Source: an uncultured Gluconobacter sp.
GTDB lineage: Bacteria; Pseudomonadota; Alphaproteobacteria; Acetobacterales; Acetobacteraceae
Length of the DNA stretch: 64,000 nucleotides
Assembly: GCA_937880175.1 (NCBI GenBank)
Contig: CALFLO010000176.1
Span: 4,177 to 68,176 of the forward strand
Reading direction: 5' to 3'
Under the pieces are notes generated by a model. The model was not told where the DNA came from and did no database searches. It was given only the letters and a program-made list of their open reading frames with translations. Below, in pieces: positions 17,857 to 27,714 of the stretch (positions are counted from its first letter, which is position 1; the number at the start of each line of letters is the position of its first letter). Both the position numbers and the translations under genes were made by a program.

Positions 17857-18798
17857 ATGTCCGATACTTTCGAGCCGATCCGCATTGTCGCGCTGTATCA
17901 TTTCACGCCGTTCGCGGACCCTGCCGCATTGCGCGGGCCGTTGCTTGAGCTGTGCGAAAGGGAGGGGATCAAGGGAATCCTGCTTCTGGCGCGCGAGGGG
18001 ATCAACGGGACGATTGCCGGGACGGATGCGGGCATGGAGCGTGTGATGGCGCATATCCGGGCTCTTCCGGGCTGTGCGGCGCTGGAGAGCAAGGATTCCC
18101 GCGCTCCGGAACTGCCGTTCCGCCGCATGAAAGTGCGGCTGAAAAAGGAAATCGTCACGATGGGGGAGCCGGATATCGATCCGCTTCAGGGCGTAGGGCG
18201 GTATGTGGCGCCCGAGGACTGGAACGTGCTGATTTCCGATCCGGATACGATTTTGATCGATACGCGCAACGATTACGAAGTGGCGATCGGGACGTTCAAG
18301 GGCGCGGAAGACCCCAAAACGAAATCCTTCCGCGAATTTCCGGAATGGTTTCGCAAACGGCGGCAGGAACTGGAAGCGGAAGGCCGTCTGCCGAAGATTG
18401 CGATGTTCTGCACGGGCGGCATCCGCTGCGAGAAATCGACGTCCTTTGTGCGGGCGGAAGGTGTGGACGAGGTCTATCACCTCAAGGGCGGCATCCTGAA
18501 ATATCTGGAGACCGTGCCGGAAGAAGAGAGCCTGTGGGAAGGCGAGTGCTTCGTGTTCGACCAGCGTGTGTCGGTGAAGCACGGGCTGGAGATCGGGACG
18601 CATGATGTCTGCCATGCCTGCCGTCGGCCGCTGAACGCGCAGGACAAGGCCTCGCCGCTGTTCGTGCAGGGGGTGTCGTGCCCGCATTGCCATAACGAGC
18701 GGACGGAAGAGCAGCGCCATCGTTATGCCGAGCGTGAGCGTCAGGAAGCGCTGGCTCAGGCGCGCCGCGCCGGGCATCTGGGGGTTCGTCAGAAGTGA
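17857..18798 (+). CDS. trhO: rhodanese-domain tRNA U34 hydroxylase (UPF0176/YceA family)
   Basis: [10 protein letters not shown]...[19 protein letters not shown], and a rhodanese active-site loop [10 protein letters not shown]. Confidence 0.85.
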   Translation: MSDTFEPIRIVALYHFTPFADPAALRGPLLELCEREGIKGILLLAREGINGTIAGTDAGMERVMAHIRALPGCAALESKDSRAPELPFRRMKVRLKKEIVTMGEPDIDPLQGVGRYVAPEDWNVLISDPDTILIDTRNDYEVAIGTFKGAEDPKTKSFREFPEWFRKRRQELEAEGRLPKIAMFCTGGIRCEKSTSFVRAEGVDEVYHLKGGILKYLETVPEEESLWEGECFVFDQRVSVKHGLEIGTHDVCHACRRPLNAQDKASPLFVQGVSCPHCHNERTEEQRHRYAERERQEALAQARRAGHLGVRQK

Positions 18799-18854
18799 CG
18801 GCGGGCACGTTGGTTCCTGATGGCGATACGCAGGAGTTTGGTGGAGGGCGGCGG

Positions 18855-19334
18855 ATGTTCCGGATTGCGGGACGTTATGCGCTGATCAATGCCCTGATCG
18901 CCATCCCTCTGCATCTTCTGATTGATGCAGCGGGGTTCGGAGGAACCACCGCAACATGGAAGTACGGAGCTGTCGTTCTGGCCGTGGAGGCCGTTGTGGT
19001 TGCGCCCATTGTGGAAACGTTTCTGTACTTCTGGTTGCCAATTGTAGTGGTGCGGAAGGTGCTGGGGCAGCGGTCTGTGACGCCGTTTGTGGCGTGGCTC
19101 GCCTGTGTGGGACCATTTACTTACGCGCATTATGGCGGCGATCTGGGACGAAGTGCCCTGACCGCGATCTGTACCGGAGTGGTGGGCGGAAGCTGTTTCT
19201 ATTTCTGCTTTCTGACGGGCGAGAGGGATGCGGGGGTCAGCCCGTTCTGGACGACGGCGCTGTGCCATGCCCTGTTCAACGGTACGGTTTTGGTGATGTT
19301 CGGGCTAGCTTATGTTTTGGGGTTCATGTCCTGA
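18855..19334 (+). CDS. CPBP-family intramembrane protease-like membrane protein
   Basis: Multi-TM protein with degenerate CPBP motifs (VETFLYFW, YAHYGG, CHALFNG). The start is either ATG 18855 or GTG 18795, which overlaps the trhO stop. Confidence 0.55.
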   Translation: MFRIAGRYALINALIAIPLHLLIDAAGFGGTTATWKYGAVVLAVEAVVVAPIVETFLYFWLPIVVVRKVLGQRSVTPFVAWLACVGPFTYAHYGGDLGRSALTAICTGVVGGSCFYFCFLTGERDAGVSPFWTTALCHALFNGTVLVMFGLAYVLGFMS

Positions 19335-19354
19335 AGAGGGGCTGACTCTTCAGG
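19330..19354. terminator. bidirectional hairpin between convergent genes
   Basis: CCTGAAGAG-gggctga-CTCTTCAGG (9-bp stem) lies in the 32-nt gap between the CPBP-like gene and uvrA. There is no clear U-run. Confidence 0.4.
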
Positions 19355-19366
19355 ACACGACCGGGT

Positions 19367-22300
19367 TCAGGCTTTGGTCTTGTTGCGGGACCCGGCGGGG
19401 CGACCTCTGGGCTTCTTTTCAGTAGCTTTTTCGGCTGTCTTGTCCTTGGCGGCTTTTGCTTTTTTCGCGGCTGTGCGTTCAGCCTTCGGGGGTGGCAGAC
19501 TAGCGGCGAGCATGGCCTGCGTGATCTTGGTGGTTGTGACCTTGCGGGGCTGTCTCGCGCCCGGTGCGTCCAGCAATGGGGCGAGAAAGCGGCCGGTATG
19601 GCTGGTTTTGCAGGCGGCGATGTCTTCCGGCGTTCCCGCCGCGACGACCTGACCGCCGCCATCTCCGCCCTCGGGGCCGATATCAATCAGCCAGTCGGCC
19701 GTCTTGATGACTTCGAGATTATGCTCGATCACCAGAACCGTGTTGCCCTGATCAACGAGGGTGTGGAGCACTTCGAGCAGCTTGCGGACGTCTTCCGTGT
19801 GCAGGCCGGTTGTGGGTTCGTCGAGGATATAGACCGTGCGGCCGGTGGCGCGTTTGGCCAGTTCCTTCGATAGCTTGACGCGCTGGGCCTCACCGCCCGA
19901 GAGCGTGGTGGCCTGCTGGCCGAGGGCGACATAGCCCAGCCCGACCTGTTGCAGGATGGCGAGACGGTCGCGGATTTTCGGGGCCGCCTGAAAGTACGGC
20001 AAGGCCTCGTCCACAGTCATGGCCAGCACGTCCGCGATGGATTTGCCGCGGAACTTCACATCCAGCGTTTCGCGGTTGTAGCGCGCGCCCTTGCAGGTGT
20101 CGCAGGTCACGTACACGTCCGGCAGGAAGTGCATCTCGATCTTGAGAACACCGTCGCCCTGACAGGCTTCGCAGCGACCGCCCTTTACGTTGAAGGAGAA
20201 GCGGCCGGGTTTGTAGCCGCGTGCCTTGGACTCGGGCAGTTCGGCGAACCAGTCCCGGATCGGGGCGAACAGATCCGTATAGGTCGCCGGGTTGGAGCGC
20301 GGGGTGCGGCCGATCGGGGACTGGTCGATCTCGATGATCTTGTCGAGATTGTCCACGCCTTCCAGACGGTCATAGGGCAGCGGCGTCTGGCTCGATTTCA
20401 TGAGCTGGCGGGACAGCGCCTTGTACAGCGTGTCGATGACCAGCGTGGATTTGCCACCACCCGAAACACCCGTGACGGCGATGAAGGTGCCGAGCGGGAA
20501 ATCGACCGTCAGGTCCTTGAGGTTGTTGCCGCGTGCGTCGTGCAGGGTGAGCATGCCGCTGGGCTTGCGGCGTTCGGTCGGAACGGGAATGACCTTGCGG
20601 CCTGACAGATAGGCGCCGGTGATGCTGTTGGGATTTTTGGCGACTTCTGCCGGGGTGCCGACGGCAATGACTTCGCCCCCCAGCTTGCCCGCGCCCGGTC
20701 CCATATCGATCAGGTAATCGGCGGCGCGGATGGCGTCCTCGTCATGCTCGACGACGATGACGGTATTGCCGAGGCGCTTGAGGCGTTCGAGCGTGCCGAG
20801 CAGGCGTTCGTTGTCGCGCTGATGCAGGCCGATGGAGGGCTCGTCCAGCACATACAGCACGCCCGTCAGGCCCGAACCGATCTGGGACGCCAGACGGATG
20901 CGCTGGCTTTCGCCGCCGGACAGGGTCGCGGAGCCGCGCGAGAGCGTGAGGTAGTCCAGCCCGACATCATCGAGGAAGTGCAGGCGGTCCGTGATTTCGC
21001 GCAGGATGCGGCGGGCAATCTCGGCGCGCTGGGGCGTGAGGGTGGCTTCCACGCCGGAGAACCAGTCGAGCGCCTTGCGGATGGGCATGTCCGAGGCTTC
21101 GGCGATGTTGAGGTCCTTGACCTTCACGCACAGGGCTTCGGGCTTGAGACGCGCGCCGTGACAGGCATGGCAGGGCTTGTCGGACTGGTAGCGGGAGAGC
21201 TCCTCGCGCACCCACATGCTGTCCGTCTGGGCCATGCGGCGGCGCAGGTTTTTCAGCACGCCTTCGAACGGTTTGGTGATGATATGGACCTTCCCGCCAT
21301 CGCTGTAGGGAATGTCGATCGGCTCTTTCGAGCCGTTGATGATGAGATCCTGTGTCGCGGGCTGAAGCTCGGACCAGGGTGTGTTCATGTCATCGCCGCA
21401 ATGGCGGGCGAGGGCGGCGAGCGTCTGGTCGTACCAGTCCGTGCTCGCGCCCTTCCACGGAGCAATGGCGCCGTCGGCCAGTGTCAGGCTGTCATCCGGG
21501 ACGATCAGGTCAGCGTCGAAATGGGTTTCGGTGCCGATGCCGTCACAGACCGGGCAGGCGCCCATGGGGGCATTGAAGGAGAACAGGCGCGGCTCGATTT
21601 CCTCGATCGTGAAGCCGGAGACGGGGCAGGCGAAGCGCGACGAGAACACGACATGCGCCGGGGCTTCCTTTTCGCCTGCACGTTTGACTTCCTCGGCGTA
21701 AGCCAGACCATCGGAGAGTTCGAGCGCGGTCTCGAAACTGTCGGCGAGGCGGGATTCGAGCCCTTCCTTGACGACAATCCGGTCCACCACGACTTCGACC
21801 GTGTGGCGCGTCTTGCGGTTCAGCTCCGGGGCTTCGGCGATTTCATAAAGTTCGCCGTCGATCTTCACGCGGGTGAAGCCCTTGCGCGTCAGATCGGCGA
21901 GTTCGCGTTTGCAGTCGCCCTTGCGGTCCCTCACGACTGGGGCGAGCAGCATCAGGCGCATGCCGTCCGGCATGGCCATGACGCGGTCTACCATCTGGCT
22001 GACGGTCTGTGCCTCGATCGGCAGGCCGGTCGCGGGGGAATACGGAATGCCGACACGCGCCCAGAGCAGGCGCATATAGTCATGGATTTCCGTGATCGTC
22101 CCCACGGTCGAGCGGGGGTTCTTGGATGTGGTTTTCTGCTCGATCGAGATGGCTGGGGAGAGGCCCTCGATGGAGTCCACATCCGGCTTGCCCATCAGTT
22201 CAAGGAACTGGCGGGCATAGGCGGACAGGCTCTCCACATAGCGCCGCTGGCCCTCGGCATAGATCGTGTCGAAGGCCAGGGAGGATTTTCCGGAGCCCGA

Positions 22301-22411
22301 GAGGCCCGTGATGATCGTCAGGGAATCCCGCGGGATCGTGGCGTCGATATTCTTGAGGTTATGGGCGCGGGCCCCACGGACGCGGATCGAATGATTGTCT
22401 GGAAAGCTCAC
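19367..22411 (-). CDS. uvrA: excinuclease ABC subunit A
   Basis: 1014 aa, GTG start. Two ABC modules ([14 protein letters not shown] and [11 protein letters not shown]) and zinc-finger cysteines. It carries a 67-aa Lys/Ala-rich C-terminal extension. Confidence 0.97.
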   Translation of the reverse strand: MSFPDNHSIRVRGARAHNLKNIDATIPRDSLTIITGLSGSGKSSLAFDTIYAEGQRRYVESLSAYARQFLELMGKPDVDSIEGLSPAISIEQKTTSKNPRSTVGTITEIHDYMRLLWARVGIPYSPATGLPIEAQTVSQMVDRVMAMPDGMRLMLLAPVVRDRKGDCKRELADLTRKGFTRVKIDGELYEIAEAPELNRKTRHTVEVVVDRIVVKEGLESRLADSFETALELSDGLAYAEEVKRAGEKEAPAHVVFSSRFACPVSGFTIEEIEPRLFSFNAPMGACPVCDGIGTETHFDADLIVPDDSLTLADGAIAPWKGASTDWYDQTLAALARHCGDDMNTPWSELQPATQDLIINGSKEPIDIPYSDGGKVHIITKPFEGVLKNLRRRMAQTDSMWVREELSRYQSDKPCHACHGARLKPEALCVKVKDLNIAEASDMPIRKALDWFSGVEATLTPQRAEIARRILREITDRLHFLDDVGLDYLTLSRGSATLSGGESQRIRLASQIGSGLTGVLYVLDEPSIGLHQRDNERLLGTLERLKRLGNTVIVVEHDEDAIRAADYLIDMGPGAGKLGGEVIAVGTPAEVAKNPNSITGAYLSGRKVIPVPTERRKPSGMLTLHDARGNNLKDLTVDFPLGTFIAVTGVSGGGKSTLVIDTLYKALSRQLMKSSQTPLPYDRLEGVDNLDKIIEIDQSPIGRTPRSNPATYTDLFAPIRDWFAELPESKARGYKPGRFSFNVKGGRCEACQGDGVLKIEMHFLPDVYVTCDTCKGARYNRETLDVKFRGKSIADVLAMTVDEALPYFQAAPKIRDRLAILQQVGLGYVALGQQATTLSGGEAQRVKLSKELAKRATGRTVYILDEPTTGLHTEDVRKLLEVLHTLVDQGNTVLVIEHNLEVIKTADWLIDIGPEGGDGGGQVVAAGTPEDIAACKTSHTGRFLAPLLDAPGARQPRKVTTTKITQAMLAASLPPPKAERTAAKKAKAAKDKTAEKATEKKPRGRPAGSRNKTKA

Positions 22412-22512
22412 GGAGACCCCGGAATGTGGAGAAAAGGCAGTTGTGAGATCGAACGCGCTTGAATGGCGTTGGATTGTTCCCCATTAGATGGGAACTTACG
22501 CACGTATGAAAA

Positions 22513-22527
22513 GAACAATTCGAGAAA
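22513..22527. promoter_or_regulatory. candidate alphaproteobacterial LexA (SOS) box, GAAC-N7-GAAA
   Basis: GAACAATTCGAGAAA in the uvrA/ssb divergent region differs by one position from the GAAC-N7-GAAC direct-repeat consensus. Confidence 0.25.
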
Positions 22528-22543
22528 ATTGGTTGGGACGGGA

Positions 22544-23134
22544 ATGGCAGGCAGCGTCAACAAGGTGATTCTGGTCGGAAATCTGGGTAAGGATCCGGAA
22601 GTCCGCAATACGCAGTCAGGTGGCAAGATCGTCAATTTGACCGTTGCGACGTCCGACACCTGGAACGACAAGCAGTCGGGGGAGCGCAAGGAGCGCACCG
22701 AGTGGCATCGCGTGGTGATCTTCAACGAGCGTACGGCCGATGTGGCCGAGCGGTATCTGCGCAAGGGCCGCAAGGTCTATATCGAGGGTGAACTCCGCAC
22801 CCGGAAGTGGACTGACCAGTCCGGCCAGGAAAAATACACGACCGAAGTCGTGATCGACCGGTTCCGTGGGGATCTGGTGCTGATCGACAGCAATCGCAGC
22901 GGTGGCGGCGATGATGGCGGTTTTGACAACGGCGGCGGCTATGGCGGGGGCGGCAATGGTGGCGGCTTCGGTGGTGGTAGCCGTGGCGGCGCCAGTGGCG
23001 GTTCAGGCGGTGGCTTCGGTGGTGCCCGCGGGAACGCTGGTGGTGCAGCTGGTGGCGGCAATCGCTCGGGTGGAAGCAACGCGGGTTGGGATGCCCCGCC
23101 GGATAACGATCTGGACGACGAAATCCCGTTCTGA
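22544..23134 (+). CDS. ssb: single-stranded DNA-binding protein
   Basis: [23 protein letters not shown]-fold start, a Gly-rich tail, and a terminal DDEIPF. Confidence 0.95.
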   Translation: MAGSVNKVILVGNLGKDPEVRNTQSGGKIVNLTVATSDTWNDKQSGERKERTEWHRVVIFNERTADVAERYLRKGRKVYIEGELRTRKWTDQSGQEKYTTEVVIDRFRGDLVLIDSNRSGGGDDGGFDNGGGYGGGGNGGGFGGGSRGGASGGSGGGFGGARGNAGGAAGGGNRSGGSNAGWDAPPDNDLDDEIPF

Positions 23135-23166
23135 GTTGTTCAGAAGAACAACGGTAGAAAACAGAA

Positions 23167-23194
23167 ATGGCGGATGTCAGTCGACATCCGCCAT
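23167..23194. terminator. hairpin terminator shared by ssb and the convergent small lipoprotein gene
   Basis: ATGGCGGATGTC-agtc-GACATCCGCCAT (12-bp stem). A second 7-bp hairpin, GTTGTTC-agaa-GAACAAC, lies at 23135-23152. Confidence 0.5.
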
Positions 23195-23227
23195 GGCTTG
23201 GTTATTTGCAGGCCCGAAAACTTAAAA

Positions 23228-23404
23228 TTAGAAAATTGCCCGGTCCGGAATAGTATTCGCATCCGGTGTCATGACCGCAATCGTGTTGGCGAAATGGCTT
23301 CGACCATCCGCACCATGGACGGCAGCACTCGAACAGGCGGACAGGGTCAGAGCGCAGGACAGTAAGACTGCGTCGAATACCAGAGTTGATTTCCTGATCA
23401 TCAT
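23228..23404 (-). CDS. small lipoprotein (58 aa)
   Basis: MMIRKSTLVFDAVLLSCALTLSAC with the lipobox LSAC, and SD AAGGAAG 8 nt upstream. The longer track ORF start at 23437 is less likely. Confidence 0.45.
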   Translation of the reverse strand: MMIRKSTLVFDAVLLSCALTLSACSSAAVHGADGRSHFANTIAVMTPDANTIPDRAIF

Positions 23405-23523
23405 TTTTATTCTTCCTTGTCTGATCGTGATGACCATACGATCGGCAAAAAGAAGAGTGAAATCTTATGTTTCTATCTTTTCATAAGAGCTGCTTATGAT
23501 GTGCGTTTCTGAAAAACGGCACT

Positions 23524-23552
23524 AAAAAAGCCGGCGCATTGCTGCACCGGCT
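23524..23552 (-). terminator. intrinsic terminator of ppiB
   Basis: The minus strand reads AGCCGGTGC-agcaat-GCGCCGGCT followed by TTTTTT. Confidence 0.6.
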
Positions 23553-23580
23553 TTCGCAGTATTCCGCGTTTCAGCGAAAA

Positions 23581-24066
23581 TCAGGCTTCGACGTAAGCCT
23601 TGACGATGGTGTCGGGGTCCTTGACCACGCCACCGGCGCCCGAACCGCGCTTCAGCTGGTCTACATATTCCATGCCTTCGATCACCTTGCCGACGATCGT
23701 GTACTGACCGTTCAGGTGCGGGCTGTCGGCGAACATGATGAAGAACTGGCTGTTGGCGGAGTGCGGCGCCATCGTGCGGGCCATGCCCACCGTGCCGCGC
23801 TCGAACTTGGCCTTGTCTGTGAATTCGGCCTTGAGGTCCGGATAGGAGCTGCCGCTCGTGCCGGTTCCCGTGGGATCGCCGCCCTGGGCCATGAAGCCCT
23901 CGATCACGCGATGGAACGCCACGCCGTTATAGAACCCTTCGGTGGCCAGCAGCTTGAGGCGTTCAGCCGCAAGCGGAGCCAGGTCAGGGCGCAGCTCGAT
24001 GACGACCTTGCCAGTCTTGAGCTCGAAAACCAGCTTGTTGCCGTCGGGCACTGCAGTATCGGACAT
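23581..24066 (-). CDS. ppiB: cyclophilin-type peptidyl-prolyl cis-trans isomerase (cytoplasmic)
   Basis: 161 aa counted from MSDTAVPDGNKLVFELKTGKVVIEL. Motifs FHRVIEGFMAQGGDP and SQFFI. Confidence 0.9.
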   Translation of the reverse strand: MSDTAVPDGNKLVFELKTGKVVIELRPDLAPLAAERLKLLATEGFYNGVAFHRVIEGFMAQGGDPTGTGTSGSSYPDLKAEFTDKAKFERGTVGMARTMAPHSANSQFFIMFADSPHLNGQYTIVGKVIEGMEYVDQLKRGSGAGGVVKDPDTIVKAYVEA

Positions 24067-24097
24067 CTTGGAACCTTCCAGAAATCGTTGAAGGTTC

Positions 24098-24628
24098 CTA
24101 TGTCGGGCCTCGGCCCAGTTTCGACAAGACGATATGTGCAACATCTTCGCTGACGAAGGGCGAAATATCTCCGCCGAGCCGTGCGATCTCCTTCACGATC
24201 CTGCTGGCCGTGCTGCGATGTTCTTCGGAAGACAGCAGGAAAACCGTCTCGATTTCCGGAGCCAGACGACGCAATGCGCCGGAAAGCTGGCTCTCATAAT
24301 CAAAATCGCCACCGGACCGAAGGCCGCGCACAACCGTGCCCGCGCCCGCCTGACGCACGGCATCGACCAGCAGTGTATCGAAGCCGACAACCTCAATCCG
24401 CTCCCCGTGGGGCAGTTTGTCCACTTCGTGCCGTAGGGCTGAAAGCCGAGCATCCAGATCCAGAAGAGGCTGCTTACCTTCATTGACCGCCACGCCAACC
24501 AGCAGACGGTCGAACAGGGCGGACGCCCTGTGAATGATGTCGAGATGCCCGAAGGTGACCGGATCGAACGTGCCGGGATAGAACCCGACACGTGGATCGG
24601 TCGGCACGTCAGGCTTCAGGTGCAGCAT
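24098..24628 (-). CDS. coaD: phosphopantetheine adenylyltransferase
   Basis: [18 protein letters not shown] signature. The ATG at 24628 overlaps the gyrA 3' end by 20 nt; the alternative GTG at 24607 lies just after the gyrA stop. Confidence 0.9.
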   Translation of the reverse strand: MLHLKPDVPTDPRVGFYPGTFDPVTFGHLDIIHRASALFDRLLVGVAVNEGKQPLLDLDARLSALRHEVDKLPHGERIEVVGFDTLLVDAVRQAGAGTVVRGLRSGGDFDYESQLSGALRRLAPEIETVFLLSSEEHRSTASRIVKEIARLGGDISPFVSEDVAHIVLSKLGRGPT

Positions 24629-27452
24629 CGTCACCAGCGGCCGGGGCTTCGGGAGCCGCGTCCGTTGCAACCGCTTCGCCAATCACCTTGGCACCAGCTT
24701 CGGAGCCTTCGTCGGTGTCGCCCTCTTCCGTATCGTCTTCCAGAACCGGGAAGACGCAGATGACAGTCTCGCTGTCATTCAGGCGGAACAGCGTCACACC
24801 GCTGGCCTGACGGGCCATGACGCGGACCTGCGATACCGGCAGGCGGATCAGGCGGCCCGTATCCGTGACCAGCATGACGTCCGTTCCATCGAGCGTCGGC
24901 AGGGTGCCCACCACTTCCTTGCCGCGACGGTTCGCGGAGAAGGTCATGTTGGTGATGCCCTGACCGCCACGGCCCGACACGCGGTAATCATAGGCCGAGG
25001 AGCGACGGCCATAGCCGCCATCGGTAACGGTCAGGAGGATTTCCTCCTGCTGCTCCAGTTCCTCGAAGCGCTCCTGCGTCAGGTCACCCGCGATTTCAAC
25101 GGTTTCCTCGTCGCCGGACACGGTTTCGTCCTCGGCGCTGTCGTCCAGGGCCGCATTTTCGGCGCGGCGCTTGGCATTGGCCATGCGCAGATAGGCCGAA
25201 CGTTCCTCGACACTGGCATTCACGTGGTTGAGGATGCACAGCGAAATTACCGCATCCCCGTCACCCAGACGGATGCCGCGGACGCCTGTACTGCCACGAC
25301 CGGCAAATACGCGCAGCGTCTCGTCCGTGATCTGGAAGCGGATGCAGCGCGCGTTCTTCGTTGCGAGGAACACATCCTGACCTTCACGGCAGGTCGCCAC
25401 GCCGATAAGGGAATCCCCTTCATCCAGCTTCATGGCGATCAGGCCGGAAGCGCGGATGTTGCGGAAATCGCTCAGACGGTTCCGGCGCACATTGCCGCTG
25501 GCCGTTGCGAAGGCGAGGTGCAGGTCGTCCCACAGTTCCTCGTCCTGCGGCAGCGGCAGAACGGCCGTGATGGAATCCGTCCCCAGTTCCGGCAGCAGGT
25601 TGACCAGCGCACGGCCCTTGGCTGTCGGTGCGGCTTCAGGCAGATGCCAGACCTTCATCCGGTAGGCTTTGCCGCCCGAAGAGAAGAACATCACCCACTG
25701 ATGCGTGTGGGCATTGAAGCTGCGGACGATCACGTCATCGCCACGGCGCCCGGAGGCTGTCCGGCCACGACCACCACGGTTCTGGGACCGGAAAATTTCA
25801 AGCGGGGTGCGCTTGATGAAGCCGTCGCGCGTGATGGTGACAACCATCTGGCCCGGCTCGATCAGGCTTTCGTCCGTCTGATCCCCCAGCGCGTCGGAGA
25901 TTTCCGTTGCACGCGGGGTCGCAACTTCCGCGCGGGCTGCCAGAAGCTCCTCGCGCATGACTTCCATCCGGCGGGGGCGGCTCTCGATGATCTTGAGCAG
26001 TTCGCCGATCTTGTGGGCGACTTCACCGAGTTCGCCCTGGATCTTCTCGCGCTCCAGACCCGTCAGGCGCTGCAGGCGCAGCTCAAGAATGCCACGCGCC
26101 TGTGCTTCCGTGAGGCGGACCTTGCCATCGATGATGACATTGCCTTCGTCGTGGATCAGTTCCAGCAGCGGGATGACTTCCGCAGCGTCCCACTCGCGCG
26201 CCATCAGTGCTTCACGCGCTGTTGCGGCATCCGGGGCCGCACGGATCAGCGCGATGACCTCGTCGATATTGGCAACCGCCAGAACGAGGCCGACCAGCAG
26301 ATGTCCACGGTCACGCGCCTTGTTCAGGTCAAAGCGGGCGCGGCGCAGGATGACTTCTTCACGGAAGCGCAGGAAGGCTTCCAGAATGTCCTTGAGGCCC
26401 ATCGTCCGCGGCTTGCCATCGTCCAGCGCGAGCATGTTGGCGCTGAAGGATGTCTGGAGCTGCGTGAAGCGGTAGAGCTGGTTCAGGACCACATCCGGCG
26501 TGGCATCGCGCTTGAGCTCGATGACGACACGCATGCCCGAGCGGTCGGACTCGTCACGGATGTCGGAAATGCCTTCGATTTCCTTGGCCCGGACCAGATC
26601 TGCGATCTTTTCCTGCAACGTGGCCTTGTTCACCTGATACGGGATCTCGGTGATGATGATGGCCTGGCGGTCCTTGCGGATTTCCTCGATCTCGGCGCGT
26701 GCCCGAACCGGAATGGACCCGCGACCCGTCTCATAGGCGCGACGGATCCCGCTGCGGCCCATGATGATGCTGCCTGTCGGAAAGTCCGGACCCGGGATGA
26801 TCTGCATCAGCTCATCGAGTTCGATGGCCGGGTTCGCGATCATGGCCAGCGTGGCATCAATGACTTCGCCCGGATTATGGGGCGGAATATTGGTCGCCAT
26901 GCCGACGGCGATACCGGCCGCACCGTTGATGAGCAGGTTCGGGAAAACGGCCGGAAGGACCTTCGGCTCGCTCTCGCTTTCGTCGTAGTTGGGCTGGAAA
27001 TCGACGGTATCGCGGTCGATGTCGTCCAGCAGGAAGGACGACGCCTTGGCCAGACGGGCTTCGGTATAACGCATGGCGGCCGGGCTATCGCCATCGACCG
27101 AACCGAAATTGCCCTGACCGTCGATCAGTTTGACGCGCATCGACCAGTGCTGCGCCATCCGGACCATGGCGTCATAGATCGAGCTGTCGCCATGCGGATG
27201 GTATTTACCCATCACGTCACCGACCGCACGCGCCGACTTGCGATATGGCTTGTCGGCCGTGAAGCCGCTCTCGCGCATGGCATAGAGAATGCGGCGATGG
27301 ACCGGCTTCAGACCATCCCGCACATCCGGCAGCGCACGCGACACGATCACGGACATCGCATAGGCCAGATAGGAGGAGCGCATTTCCTCCTCGATCGTCA
27401 CAGGAAGACGGCCGGAAGGGGTAAGATCAGTCGGCTCGGTCAGCTCGGTCAA
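24609..27452 (-). CDS. gyrA: DNA gyrase subunit A
   Basis: 947 aa. Motifs [12 protein letters not shown] and [10 protein letters not shown] (active-site Tyr region), beta-pinwheel CTD repeats, and an acidic C-terminal tail. Confidence 0.97.
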   Translation of the reverse strand: MTELTEPTDLTPSGRLPVTIEEEMRSSYLAYAMSVIVSRALPDVRDGLKPVHRRILYAMRESGFTADKPYRKSARAVGDVMGKYHPHGDSSIYDAMVRMAQHWSMRVKLIDGQGNFGSVDGDSPAAMRYTEARLAKASSFLLDDIDRDTVDFQPNYDESESEPKVLPAVFPNLLINGAAGIAVGMATNIPPHNPGEVIDATLAMIANPAIELDELMQIIPGPDFPTGSIIMGRSGIRRAYETGRGSIPVRARAEIEEIRKDRQAIIITEIPYQVNKATLQEKIADLVRAKEIEGISDIRDESDRSGMRVVIELKRDATPDVVLNQLYRFTQLQTSFSANMLALDDGKPRTMGLKDILEAFLRFREEVILRRARFDLNKARDRGHLLVGLVLAVANIDEVIALIRAAPDAATAREALMAREWDAAEVIPLLELIHDEGNVIIDGKVRLTEAQARGILELRLQRLTGLEREKIQGELGEVAHKIGELLKIIESRPRRMEVMREELLAARAEVATPRATEISDALGDQTDESLIEPGQMVVTITRDGFIKRTPLEIFRSQNRGGRGRTASGRRGDDVIVRSFNAHTHQWVMFFSSGGKAYRMKVWHLPEAAPTAKGRALVNLLPELGTDSITAVLPLPQDEELWDDLHLAFATASGNVRRNRLSDFRNIRASGLIAMKLDEGDSLIGVATCREGQDVFLATKNARCIRFQITDETLRVFAGRGSTGVRGIRLGDGDAVISLCILNHVNASVEERSAYLRMANAKRRAENAALDDSAEDETVSGDEETVEIAGDLTQERFEELEQQEEILLTVTDGGYGRRSSAYDYRVSGRGGQGITNMTFSANRRGKEVVGTLPTLDGTDVMLVTDTGRLIRLPVSQVRVMARQASGVTLFRLNDSETVICVFPVLEDDTEEGDTDEGSEAGAKVIGEAVATDAAPEAPAAGDDAAPEA

Positions 27453-27714
27453 GACAGGTCACCACGCAAGAATTCAGTTGCCCCAGCATACCGCATGCGC
27501 CGCCGACACGCCACACCCGGCTCCCGGAATGGGCTTTTCAGGGCGTGAAAGCGCTTGGTCCACGATTCAACAAAATTAAGATCGGATAAGCGAAAGATTA
27601 ACGAAGCTATGCCAAAAAGAGATTATCGTTTGCATATTATTAACTTTTATAGTTTGTATAAAACCGTTAGAAAATATCAAACATCATCTGGCGATTCTAC
27701 GCCTTAAAGTCTTT

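Noticed and set aside
20744-22462. 572-aa plus-strand ORF antisense to uvrA
   Set aside because: The same shadow-ORF reasoning applies. uvrA motifs are unambiguous on the minus strand.
22902-23225. 107-aa plus-strand ORF overlapping the 3' part of ssb
   Set aside because: It is an alternative frame of the Gly-rich (GGN-repeat) ssb tail and gives an Ala/Val-rich artefact.
25224-27548. 774-aa plus-strand ORF antisense to gyrA
   Set aside because: gyrA on the minus strand is unambiguous. The antisense product is low-complexity (Arg/Asp/Gly/His-rich), which is typical of stop-poor antisense frames in high-GC DNA.
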